From: Chrysomallon squamiferum
Lineage: Eukaryota > Animalia > Mollusca
Length of the DNA stretch: 64,000 nt
NCBI GenBank assembly: GCA_012295275.1
Contig: CM022665.1
Location: 3,162,001-3,226,000, forward strand
Direction: 5' to 3'
The notes beneath the pieces were generated by a model. That model made no database searches. It was not told the DNA's origin and saw nothing but the letters and a program-made list of their open reading frames with translations. The stretch's first letter is position 1; each line of letters starts with the position of its first letter. Below are positions 42,841-55,630 of this stretch, one piece after another. The translations under genes and the position numbers were made by a program.

Positions 42841-43571
42841 TATAATAATGATAATGATTGGGATGATGATGATAATGATAATAATGATTAGGATGATTAT
42901 GACGATGATGGTAATGATGATAATAACAATAATTAACAACAACGACGACGACAACAACAACAGTATAAAAATACCTGAAGGTTAATACTGGTTGAAATAG
43001 AAGTTAATGAACAATAGCAATTGTTCTGGTCGCGTTTTGGGAAGGACAGGTAATAATTCAGGTTATGACATCTAATCGATACAAATGTATCTGTCACTCA
43101 AAACACAAATTTCCTTTTTATCCCAACTACAGAAATACCCCATTCAGCACACACAAAACAGTTTGCTCTTCAAAGTCGTGATTCTTTTTTTTTTTCTTCT
43201 TCAAATTTCATTAAAGTAATAATGTGCTTTGTGTTACACGTTATAATTTATACGTTTTTAAAACGATCACTGTGGTGTTTCGTTTCCTTTTCTGTTACAG
43301 AACAATGGGAATGAAAACTGTACAGATTAATAACGTTTAGATGCTACTTTCATTAGGGAAAAAATAAAAAATAATATATTAAAATGATAATGATAATAAC
43401 AATATAATAATAATAATGATAAAGTAATAATAATGATAATATAATAATAATAAAATAATAATAATAATATAATAATTTAATAATAATAATATAATAATAA
43501 TAAAATAATAATGATAATATAATAATAATAATAAAATAATAATGATAATATAATAATAATAATATAATAAT

Positions 43572-43625
<54 letters not shown>
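42381..43625. repeat. Cluster of (AAT)n/(ATT)n/(GAT)n microsatellites
   Basis: Runs at 42381-42430, 42484-42535, 42787-42925 and 43381-43625. Confidence 0.93.
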
Positions 43626-43626
<1 letters not shown>

Positions 43627-43855
43627 TAGCCACACACATAGCATGGATCCTAATGACCTAAATATTTTTCTCAAATTACATAACAGTATTAAACAAAAAT
43701 ATTGTGCGCTATCATAATTTTATCTGTTTTAAATTAAAGAAAAACTAGTTTTTAAATAAAAGCAGTGAAACAGATATTTCAACTACCGGATACATTTTAT
43801 TTATTTATTTATTTTTTTATTTTTATTTAATTTTAATTTTAATTTTTTTTTTCAG

Positions 43856-44006
43856 TCTCACATCAAAGGTTTCCCTATTACATTGTTTTTACTTTATTTA
43901 CTAAACCCACAAAATCTGTGAAAGTTTTCTCACATCAAACGTTTCACCATTCCATTGTTTTTTTTTTTTTTTTTACTTTATTTATTAAAAACCACAAAAA
44001 CTGTCT
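43856..44006 (+). repeat. ~70-bp tandem duplication
   Basis: 'tctcacatcaaa.gtttc.c.att.cattgttttt(T)nactttattta.taaa.ccacaaaa.ctgt' at 43856 and 43928, differing mainly in T-run length. Confidence 0.88.
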
Positions 44007-47000
44007 GTATATGCAAATACAAGTTTTAATTGCTTTTTTTTCTCATCCTGTTAATAAAAATATTAAATTTCTCCACCAGCGTCCTGTACAAAAAAAAAAA
44101 AAAAAAAAAAAAAAGTCTCTTCACGCAAATCATAAAACCATTGTGACAAACCCCTTGACGGTTTCTTCCATTCATTTTTACCACTCTACAAGTGCCAAAA
44201 GCGACTATTAAAAAAAAAAAAAAAAAAACTTTGCCATGCCATGACCACCCGGCAAAAAAAAAAAAAAAAAAAAAAAAAAAACCAACACGTGGCCACGGTG
44301 ACAACAAAGCCTTGACGATGCCACTTGTGAGAAAAACCATGAAAATAAAGAACTGGAACAGAGGTCATTGTTCCAAGTGTGTACAGGTATAAGGTAGTTT
44401 TTATTCCAAAAAGATTGTTTTACACTCTCTATCACACGGGCAGCTGGCCATAGCTTCTTTTTTTTTTTTCTGTTTTTTTTTTTTGGGGGGGAGGAGGACA
44501 TCAGCTGGTCACTGGATCAAGATGACCTTTTGGAATGGACAGCTGAGCAATAGGAGAGAAAAAAAAAAGCAGTGGGTTATTTAACGGTCAGTAAAGCCAT
44601 AAACGTTAAAAAAAACATTTAATTGAAAAACAAAAGAAAAAAGAAAAAACGAGAGGAAGTATTACAACTGCTGCAGTAACAAGAAATGTTTATGTAATTA
44701 GTACAGGTGAAAACGTAATATCCTATAAAACGTACCAAATTGTTTTTCTTTTCTTTTCTTTTTTTTTCCGCCCGACATTACGTCGGTGTAATGGAGCAGA
44801 AATGTGCATCTCCTTCTCTCTGTGTACGTACATATATGTACGTGTTAATGCTATTTATACGTGAGAAATAAAGTTCTGTTCGTGTCGCCTGAAATATTAC
44901 CATTTACTCATGTGTGTAACAACTTTGTGACAGCAGCTGTGTTCTACATTCAGTTCTGTGATCAATGTGTTTACTAATCAATCGTGTTAATGGTAAAAAC
45001 AAGTGTTGGATCTACGCGTTTTGTGTCACTCTCGCGCACTGCCAGCGGTTTATGAGGTTTTATGTGTCAGTGACCACAATACGTCAATGGCTTGCTTTTC
45101 TATACGTCATTGTTCCTGCGTACACGCGACGGTTTAACAAACGATTAATAAGTTTTGCTTATCACGCAGCTCTGTAGTGTACCGTAACTGCAGCTTAAAT
45201 TTACTGCGGTGTTTTAAACAGGTACGTTTAGTGAGGTCTGCAAGTATACTGCTATCAAACAGCTTTAAATATATTTTCTACATCTTGTTTGTCTTGCTAA
45301 TCATGACGTATCTATAACATGAGAAACTTGTAATTGTGTAAGACGCCTCCCATTTTTCTCTCATTTTTTTTTTTTTTTTTTTTTTTAACTTGTTTCTTTC
45401 AGCTCTCTAATATATCTGATATAAAAGTTTAGATAACTGGATTAAAAATGTTATGTACGTAAAGATTACAAAAAATACCTTACAGCCAGAGGATAACGCT
45501 ATTTTTCCAGCGGTTCATTCAGTCTACAACAGTTTTTGTTTTTTTTCATCTCTGCGTATGAAATGATATCAAGATAAGCTGTCATCACCAACTCAATATC
45601 AAGCCATTCATACAGAACCAGTACATCTAAACACAAAAGAAACGGCAAGTTACAAAGATCATTGTTATTTGAACAGCAGTTATTTCAAGAGCTTTCTAAC
45701 GTGCCTTATGAATTAGTTCATTAACTAATAATAGAATCACACAAATATGCAGTTACAAGATTATCAAATAACCTTTTCTTTTTATGTCTTTAGCTCATAG
45801 AAATTTCACGTCTTAATGTTCGAGTATTTTGTAACTGAGATGTGTCACATTAAACATTTTTCACTGACTGCCTTTTGATGTGTGTTGTGTTGCAAATGTG
45901 TATTTTGTACTGTATTATGTATTGTGAATACAGCATTGTATGGGTGTATTATAAGTCGTATGTGTGGTATATGTATTATGTGTTATATGTGTACTTGTAT
46001 ATTGTACCCAAGTGTATATGTATGTTATGTGTGTCGTGTTTGTTTCATACAATGAAATGTTAGTGTTATAAATAATTAAAGTATATTTTTATATATTATT
46101 AAGTGTTTCTGTTATATGACACTTAATATGAATTCTCTTTGGGTTTATGCATATTATGCACTCAGCTACAAGCTGTTTATGCATGTATATGTATGTGTGT
46201 GAGAGAGACAATGTATGTAGGTTCAAACCTTTAACAGTTATCACAGACGTTTGTTCAATATGTAATTTTCATTTCTGTGTCACCGGACAATTTTTATTTT
46301 TTATTTATTTATTTATTTTAATTATTGCAATAACTGTTAAAGAAACATTATCAGTGGATATAATAAGTGACCATACCGTGACATCTATTGTGTTAATCTG
46401 AATTCAGTCCAACTGATCTAAATACACTGTACTAATTTTATATATAGAATATATTTTACATTTTCAGTTTTCACAGCCGTATCTAGAAAAAATGTTTGCA
46501 TTTATTTATTAGGATAATCAACAACACAAAAACTATAGAAAAACGTAATTTCGAGAACTATTTTAAGTGTATTTTCTTTGATTATATAATACACACATAT
46601 TTCATTTCTTATGATGTTTAACTATTGTTGTATATATAACGGAAATGAAAGCGCTAGAAAAAAAATTATTGTTATTTATTAATTGTTTTAGAAACAAATT
46701 AATATATATATATATATATTATTTAAGTATACTAATAAAAACACCAAACTTTATTTAAATTGTATCAGTTTTAAACATTTTATATTATTAGAACAATAAT
46801 GATATACTATTTCTTTCTTTTTTTTCCCTTTTTTTCTGAACGTGATTGTTCTCTTCACAGAGAAAAAAAAAAATTAAAAAAAAAAAAAAAAAAATTCTTT
46901 GTTAATTTTCTTATGGCTGTCTTAATCAAGGAGATGTCACGTTATTACAAAAATGATGAACTGTAATTTCGTAATGATTCATGTGATAGAAAAACCCTGA

Positions 47001-47106
47001 TTAACTTTGTACAAGTCACACAACCGAAATTCATCACGAAACATCAAATAAGAAAAAAAAAAAAAAAAAGGTTTACCTATCATGCATATTCTCACAAATC
47101 TTCAGT

Positions 47107-47138
<32 letters not shown>

Positions 47139-48175
47139 CTTTCTGTTCCGTTAAAAAAAAAAAAAAAAAAAAAAAATGAGTTTGAATATATCATGCAATA
47201 TTAATTTGTACAATACGACTGATGAAAACACGTTTAAAAATAAATTATTCCATCAAACTCGTAATAGTTTCAGGAAGTGGATGGAATTTAAAATGAAACC
47301 GATTAAAATCGAATTTAGGTAGGGTGCAGTTGTCGGCATTCCCAAAATAAAATTGTTTAAAATGAAATTAACACTAAATTATAAAAAAAAAGTGAAACAT
47401 AAAAATATATATAGAAGTTGAATGGTATTAATGAAAAATTAATCACGCAATTAATAAAGTTAAAACAGCCGTATCCACCAGAAATAGCAAAATGATTGGA
47501 GATATTTCCAAATTTGTATTCATATACTTTTTGATAGTTTGTAATTATATATTTATACGTTTATTCACTAACATATTTATCTATTAGTCATTTAAACGTA
47601 GCGGTTGGTCCGTCTACCCGGTCATGCATTTAACATCCATCTACCCATCTTTCCATTCAACGTTTCAAAAGTTATTTAATCTGACATTATCCAACTCATT
47701 ACTCCTTCCAGATTTCGTCTTTATATTAATCTTTTCATCCAGTATTCCACTTCAGTTATCAGCCATACAAAGTAATAGCTGACCTGAAATAATATTTAAA
47801 TGCGATTTTCGTAACACGTCCAACCTTGTTATTAACCGACGTTAAACACATCTCTTTAAAAAAAGCAACAAAAAAAAAGAAAAAAAGAAAAAAGAAATAA
47901 TGTTCCCATCTTTGTAAAACATCTGATATAAAGGTTTAAAAATCTAGAAAAGATTTTTGAAATACTGAAATAGTTTAATTTCGCAGAGACTTTGATGACT
48001 TAAAGAAGTCATTCTTTCCGTATTTTCTGTAACTTTATATATGTGTGTGTTTGTGTGTTTGTGTGTGTGTGTGTGTGTGTGATTAGATTTATTTCATCTT
48101 GAAACATAATGACCAGAATGATGCGCGATTTCTCATATTCTGGATAACAGTTTATGAACAAAAAAGTAAAATGTA

Positions 48176-48206
<31 letters not shown>

Positions 48207-48268
48207 AATATCGGTTTTAATCAGCAGAAGTCTGTTTAAAGAACTAAATCAAACAGTACAATAAATCA

Positions 48269-48474
48269 CACTTGTTCTCAATGTTGGCCATAGTGTCCCC
48301 TTAGGGCACTGTATAAAGAACAATATATTTAAATATTATATTTACAACTTCGCTACATAATTCATCCTATGTAAAATTTAATTTAAATAGCGCCAACCTT
48401 AAAAATTATTAGAAAACGAATAATACAAAAAAAAAAAAAAAAAAAAAAAAAAAATAAATGGTTAAGAACCACTG
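48269..48474. mobile_element. Degraded hAT/Charlie-like MITE
   Basis: Right end GGTTAAGAACCACTG (48460-48474) is the reverse complement of CAGTGGTTCTTAACC, a Charlie-type TIR. Left end CACTTGTTCTCAA is 2 mismatches from CAGTGGTTCTCAA and is followed by a GC hairpin (agtgtccc-ctta-gggcact). No TSD recovered. Confidence 0.5.
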
Positions 48475-49897
48475 GTTTAACATTTTATTAAGATCATTCA
48501 GCTTTTGTAAACATATTAATTTTTAAACATATTTTCTTTCCATAAACCATTGAGAAACAAATGTTTTATTATACGCAGAGAAGATAAAAGGAAAACATCA
48601 AAGCTGATCACAGTCGATAAATCATTAGCACGCTTCTGCTTGGAGCTCGTGAAAGGACAGGAATGAGGAGTGAACGGTGACAATGTAGTAGTTAACAGGT
48701 TAGAGGTCGTGTGTAGGAATGGCTTACAATACAACAATATGGTTTTCATCATGGTCAGTATGGTCACTGATGACTTCTTTTGATGGCCAGTGCAGTGATC
48801 AAACTGTGGGACAGCGGGATGGATAAAGGATCAAAACTCTTTGAGGATCCTGACTGAATTGAACAAAAACGACAATTACACTCGATATGGATGATTGGTA
48901 CAAAAAAATAAATAAATAAAAATAAAGCCAGCAGTTATATCTGATGTGAGAGTCACTCTTTTTTGACACATGACTGCCCGAAACACTCCACTGAATAGAA
49001 ATATTTGTCTTTTAATTCCACAGATCAAACATGCTTTTATTTTGTCAACAGTTGTTTTTTCACTTTCATGTACACACACAGTCCTCACTTGAGTTGAAAG
49101 AACCGACGCGTTTTATAAAACGTAGTGAAAAGTTATGTTCTCGGTGTTTTGTCTTTTTCAATAGTTAAACATTCTGCGTACTCGACATTGTAATGTGAGC
49201 GAGCTATTGTTCGTCTTGTAGTTCAAACAGTTTTAATGAGAAGTTAGTATCTTTTCTTCGTCTCTCATTGAGCAGATACGCACAGGCATTGTTCACAGAA
49301 GAGTGTGATATATGTTTGTACAGGGTAAGCGTTAAGTCGTTCCCTGATTTCAAACTTTTTTATTTACACAATGTAGGCAACAAACAGCAGATGTTGAAGA
49401 TACAAATAAAGTAGAAAAGAACTTTTTATGTTAAGATTAAAATATGCCAAAACAAAATCTCAGGTTTGTATCTAGCATAGTTTTTGACTAATAAGTGTTT
49501 TAAACCACGGAAAATTCGTAGTATTCCCCCCCCCCCTGTATTTCTGATATAACTATGATTTTTATCTATTTATGCATTTTAATCAAGGGAAATTGTTTAA
49601 TTAATTAATATCATACAGGTTATAAATTATTTATCTGTGAGTGTGTTGTGTGTGTGTGTGTGTGTGTGTGTGTCTTGAAGTGAGCTAAAGTATTAGTGAT
49701 TCAAAAAGAAAAAAAATAGCTAATATACGTAAGTAGTGGGAAAAAAATGCTTTGTGTTAAAGAAATAATTTACATTAAATAATAGTAATAATAATAATAA
49801 CATTAGTAATAATAAAAATAATAATAATAACATTAATGCAAAAGCATTTATAGAAATATTCTGTATTTTCATTGACACTGGTATGCAGATTAAGAGC

Positions 49898-49899
<2 letters not shown>

Positions 49900-49970
<71 letters not shown>
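49900..49970. repeat. (GA)n microsatellite
   Basis: Direct reading. Confidence 0.97.
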
Positions 49971-49971
<1 letters not shown>

Positions 49972-50811
49972 ATTTACCTAAAATCAAATCAAATCAAACA
50001 ATTAATTGTAATTATAATTAAAAATTTCAAAAAATGTGAGCTACATTAAAGAAAGAAATTAATTATTCAAACAATATGCTATCTTTAAATAGTAAATGAC
50101 AGCATTCTTTTAAAATATGTATATATATATATTAATATACTTATGACTATATAAACTGATCCACATTAAAAATCAAAATCGTTAACAGTTACGACTCCTT
50201 TTTATATTTTTTGTTAAAGAAAATATCTATTATGAATTACACGGCTAAAGAAATCAATAGGTTATATATAAATTAAAATAATAAATAATAATAATAAAAA
50301 AAATGAGGTAAACATGTTTTAGTACGGGTAATAGTCATTTTACAGAACATATTACTAAACTCCAAATAAAGATATACGTTAACTCATTTACTTACTTTTA
50401 CAGTCTGTGTGATAATCTCTGAGGAATAGGAAAGAATTCGACTTCTTTATTGAGAAAAATTCCATTTAGCAGCAAAATAATTCATTGTCAAGGACGTTCT
50501 GACGTCACCTGTTTTTCACCTTCTGAACGTAACTTACCTGATCATCTGTTGTTGTTATTGTCACTGTTAGAGTCTACAGTATCTCAGTTAGTCTTCACCT
50601 TGACTGCAGGTAAACAAAATTTGTATAACTGCTTTGACTACTACGTACCAATTTGTTGGTAAGTACAAAAGTGCTCGACATCTTGTGGTCAGTGTCAGAC
50701 AACTGTGAAATGTCTAAATGGCAAAAATCGATCTGTCTGGTCGCTTATTAGTCTAGATATTTAAAACCTTGTAATTATCTTGTCTGATAACTCTTAATTT
50801 CTGACATCTGA

Positions 50812-51490
50812 GTAGTTTCATGTGAGAAAGACATAAACCCTTAGCACTCTAATTCGAGTAACGTAAGTAAACCCTCGGTACTCTATTCCTGTAACACATA
50901 TATAAACTCTGTATTCATGTAACACATATAAACTGTATTCATGTGACGCATATATAAACTCTGTTCATGCAGCTTACTAAATCAGCAGCACTCTGTTCAT
51001 ATAAAATGTTTAAACGCTTATCACTCTGTTCATGTAACAAACAGAACATTTAACATTCAATTCATGTAACATACGTAGTCCGTCAGCATTCTGTTCATGT
51101 AACGTACGTAAAACCAAAGAACTCTATTCATGTAACGTATGCAAAATCACTGAACTATTTATGTAGCATACGTAAATCCTCAGCACTCTATTCATATAAC
51201 GTACATAAAACCAAATAACTCTATTCATTTAACATAATAAAACCCTCAAAACTGTATTCATGTGACGTACGTAAAACCCAGAACTTTATTCATGTAACGT
51301 AAAAACCAAGGAACTCTATTCATTTAACGTACCTAAAATCACAGAATTCTATTCATGTAACGTACGTAAACTCACAGAACTCTATTCATGTAACGTACGT
51401 AAAACCAAAGAACTCTATTATGTAACGTATGCAAAATCACTGAACTATTTATGTAACATACGTAAATCCTCAGCACTCTATTCATATAAG
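50812..51490 (+). repeat. ~33-bp minisatellite, about 21 units, with a ~105-bp higher-order duplication
   Basis: Core ACTCTATTCATGTAACGTACGTAAA plus a variable 7-9-bp linker. Segment 51094-51198 is nearly identical to 51385-51488. Confidence 0.95.
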
Positions 51491-53797
51491 AAACTAATAA
51501 TGAATCATATGTATGTGTGTTTATATATATTTGTGTAGATCGCTGTTCAGAATTAAACTGCAGTTAACCTCAGCATTGACTAACTTCTGATGTTTCGTAA
51601 TCACAGTCACTTCAGGACGATCATTTTTTATATATATTTTATATATATATATATATAATGTTTTATTGTCTCACATTATTTTCTGTTTTAAAGCTGTTAT
51701 ACGAAAATAACCATTGTCCTTGTTCTTCGTTTTCAAAGCTTAAAGCTTCCTTTAGAAGCTACACTCCTAAATCATTTTACTGTCCGAAAATGTGACAAGT
51801 GTGCAAAATTGACTTCCACATCAGTACTGTGTCTTTATATTTATTACACATTTCCACTGTTTAAGCAGAATGAAAAAACAAACCAAACTGAATACTGACA
51901 TCCAGGACTGTCATATAGTGATATAGATATATATATCTGTAATTGTCGACATCTTCACCGACTCTCTATCAGTACAAAGATAAAGAGTAGAATCTTCCAA
52001 AACAAAACATCAAAATACTTTGTGACATTCCCAGACATTTTCGTCATTTGTTTTACACCGTACAGCTGCAAGAACACGATACTGCATCTATTAGCCTGAA
52101 GTCGTATATTAGTAGTCTGTTATTGTATTTATCACATTTAATTACTATAATTATATACACAGTTCATTATCTAAGGTACATTTTTATGAAAGAAAGAAAC
52201 TGTAAAAAAAAAAAAAATAATAATAATAATTTAAAATAAAATCCACGTAAGTATTTACCTCTTTTACGACGATGATGAATCCCAACTAATTTTTCTAAAC
52301 ATTTTGCTGAGAAAAAAAAAGAACGTAGGAGCTATCAATGCAACATGCATGTATATGCCTGCGGTCGTTTTTACAATGTATCTGGCCACCTACGCATTGG
52401 CAGCTGAATTGCAATTGCCGTGCATGTGCCAATTTTCTGAAATCAAGTAGGTACAAGCAAATAGATATGCGATGTAGTAGGAACTAGTTGTGGATAAACT
52501 GGTCGTAACAGGCTCAAACATAATTACCACGTTATTATATCATCTTGTATGTTTTGTATTCTGCACTATTTTTATTTGAGTTTTTTGTTGTTGTTTGTTT
52601 TTGTGTGGTTTTTTTGTTGTTCTCTTTTCAGTCATAATCGATACAGTATAATTGGGTTATTGTGAATTACCTAATACAAAACAAAAGAAACAGCATATAC
52701 TGATGGATTTAAAAATGCGTACAGCTTTTATCCATTTAACAGATACCCAAATTCAGCAATTATAAAACAGAATAAGCTCTCCACTTACGTAAAATTCTCC
52801 CACAAAAAAAAAAAAAAAAAAAAAAAACCCAACACAAACAACAACAACACCGGTAACAACTGCATCATATGATCCAACATGACCATTACCACCGCTATCA
52901 GTCACAATTTAACCACTACTACCACCACCACCAACAACAACAATAACAACAGTTTTGCTAACTGCCATATTTACTTAATAATTGCTGATGACTGATGGAA
53001 ACTGTCCCTGAAACAAATGTATTTTATATTTAAAAACAATTTACTTAACATAATATAGACATTTGTCACTTCAGGACATTCTGACCCAGCGCGTGCTAAA
53101 TTGTCTACAGCTGGAGGGAATCGAAAGAAGGTAAATGTGATAAATGAGTCTGATTGTTTTATTGACAAAGTTAATCTGACAAAAAAAACAGTGCCATATG
53201 TGACCATTTCTTGTGACAAAAACAAAAACATTTCACTCTAATTCAGTAAAATGGTCAAGTTTGTATAAACTAAAGGTTAAGTTAACTTCTGCGAGTTTTA
53301 AACTTGACCTTCGACATGGCCTTGACTTCGCTTCAGCTTAGTACTATACAAACCTGTATCTTGAATAGCGGTATCAACGCCCTGTATTATTTTCTATACC
53401 ATTATGTTCTTTATTCCTTTGCACCAACGGCTTTAAACTTGGGCTTTATTTCAGTTAAAGTGGATAATGTACTAAAAGAAAAGGCAGGAAATATTTGTAT
53501 CGGCATATTGCCATTGATCAGCCTTTTTCCATTTTGTATTTCATCCAGCTTTATAATGGCAGCGTGACTTTTATATCAACTGGTGGACGGGTAGTTCACC
53601 ATTTGTTTGAGTGTGTGTGTGTCTACTAATTAAGAAAAAATAATAAAACGCCAGCACTCAATATATCGCACTTATTAAAATTGTACTTACCAAAATCAAA
53701 AGAAGCCAGAAAAAATGGATAAATGAATAATAATAAAAACAAATTTAAAAATGGGGGAAAAAAATAAATGAGAATGAGAAAAAGATTGGTAACATAG

Positions 53798-53943
<146 letters not shown>

Positions 53944-54369
53944 ACAACAAAGTCATTCTGTATTAACAGGTGATAGAGTTGTTATTAGCCTGTTTGACAG
54001 AGGCGATATTACGTCATTTTTCATCTTCAGCTGTAACAATGACACAACAACATTCAAACTGCTTTATATCCGTTCCACATTTTCATCCAGCCTTGTCCCA
54101 AACATCAACACTCCAAACACAACGAGAATAATGCCCCAGGTAATTCAGCAATTATCGATCTTCGTTAATAACTGTAGTCTGCTTGGGGAAATGACACAGA
54201 TTTCAGAAAATGGCAATTTAATACTATTGTTAGCAGCAGCACTGATATCACAATCTGAGATATTATCACAGTATTGTTAGAGGTGTTTAGACAACTGTTG
54301 GATATCTTTATGTTTATGTTTAATATATATAGTGGCTATACGTACCTGAATTAATCAGGTTTAATAATG

Positions 54370-54403
<34 letters not shown>

Positions 54404-54803
54404 AATAAACATACACAGAATAACTGTATTCAGATATTACAAAAGCTGCAAATATTATACATGTATATACGTGTATACACAGGCAGGTGTGAACTTCGCC
54501 AGAATACTGCCCTGTCTAAACCTTGAAAATAATATTTAACTCATTTCATTTCTCCAGTGTTAACGTGAAAATTTCACTGAGGTGAAATAAAACAAACTGT
54601 ATTAGAAACATCCTCAGTTCACTGAATGTACACAGCAGTTAGAGTTTGCACTAAGAAAAGAACACGAATCTTGTATGTTGTAGAATTTGTCGACATACAA
54701 CAGTTACTCTCTGAAGCCTAAGTCTGTTGTTCTTGTCCGCAATCAGTGACTATTAATCAGAAAGGAAAGCCGGTTCGAGTAAAGATAGCTTTATTATTAT
54801 TAC

Positions 54804-54856
<53 letters not shown>

Positions 54857-55129
54857 GTTATATTTAAATATATTAATAATTGCTTCAAAGATGTTTGTTG
54901 TGTTGTTGTTTTGTTGGGGTTTTTCACGGACAGTGAGTTTTATATCGACGTATACTGTGGCCCAGCACTGTTTCCGCAGCTGTGGCCTGATGTATCGCAG
55001 TATCAGTTCTGTTCAGCGTGTGCACTCGACTATTTCTCATCTTCCATCTTCTCATGACTGGTTTATCAAAGAACATGGTTTGTGCTTTACTCTCTGTGCA
55101 AAAGGATCGGTTTCTGATAATTTGCTGTA

Positions 55130-55168
<39 letters not shown>

Positions 55169-55554
55169 ACAAACATACACATATATTCAAACATACATGC
55201 ATGTGTGTGATACAGATGTTGGAAGCAGTTTCCTAGTTCTTGTCATTATTTAACCCAGTGTGACAACTACAAACCATTCATGCGAAAATATCGTTCACTC
55301 ATTTATGTCATAATCATAATGTCTGAAATATGACGTTTAAAAACGAGAATCTTCGCTGTTTATTTGCGCAAAAAGGGAGGCTTCCTAAAATATAACATAT
55401 AATATTACAATCTCAAAGCCAAAAACACGGATGTAACTTTGATATTAAAACAAATGAGAAGTCCGCTAAATAACAAAACTTAGTGCGGTTATTTTGGTTA
55501 CGGAGACCTTTCTTTGAACCTCTTTGTTAGATAGTATAGACGGTATGTATGCAT

Positions 55555-55630
55555 CTGGATTCCGCTTCGTCACGTGAAATGTCAAAGATGGCGGCTTCCA
55601 CGGAACATAATCCGGTTTCTGGACGACTGA
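55555..55630 (+). promoter_or_regulatory. CpG-rich promoter-like element: E-box plus YY1 motif overlapping an ATG
   Basis: GTCACGTGA (55569-55577; USF/TFE-type E-box), AAGATGGCGGC (55585-55595; YY1 consensus) and ETS-like CGGAA. ATG 55588 opens a 44-codon ORF MAASTEHNPV.. ending at TAA 55722. Confidence 0.5.

Noticed and set aside
47053-47175. Alternating A, T and A homopolymer runs able to fold back
   Set aside because: Explained by homopolymer slippage, which is pervasive in this window.
50812-51490. CRISPR array
   Set aside because: The linkers are only 7-9 bp and related to each other, the repeats are degenerate, the context is eukaryotic and there are no cas genes.
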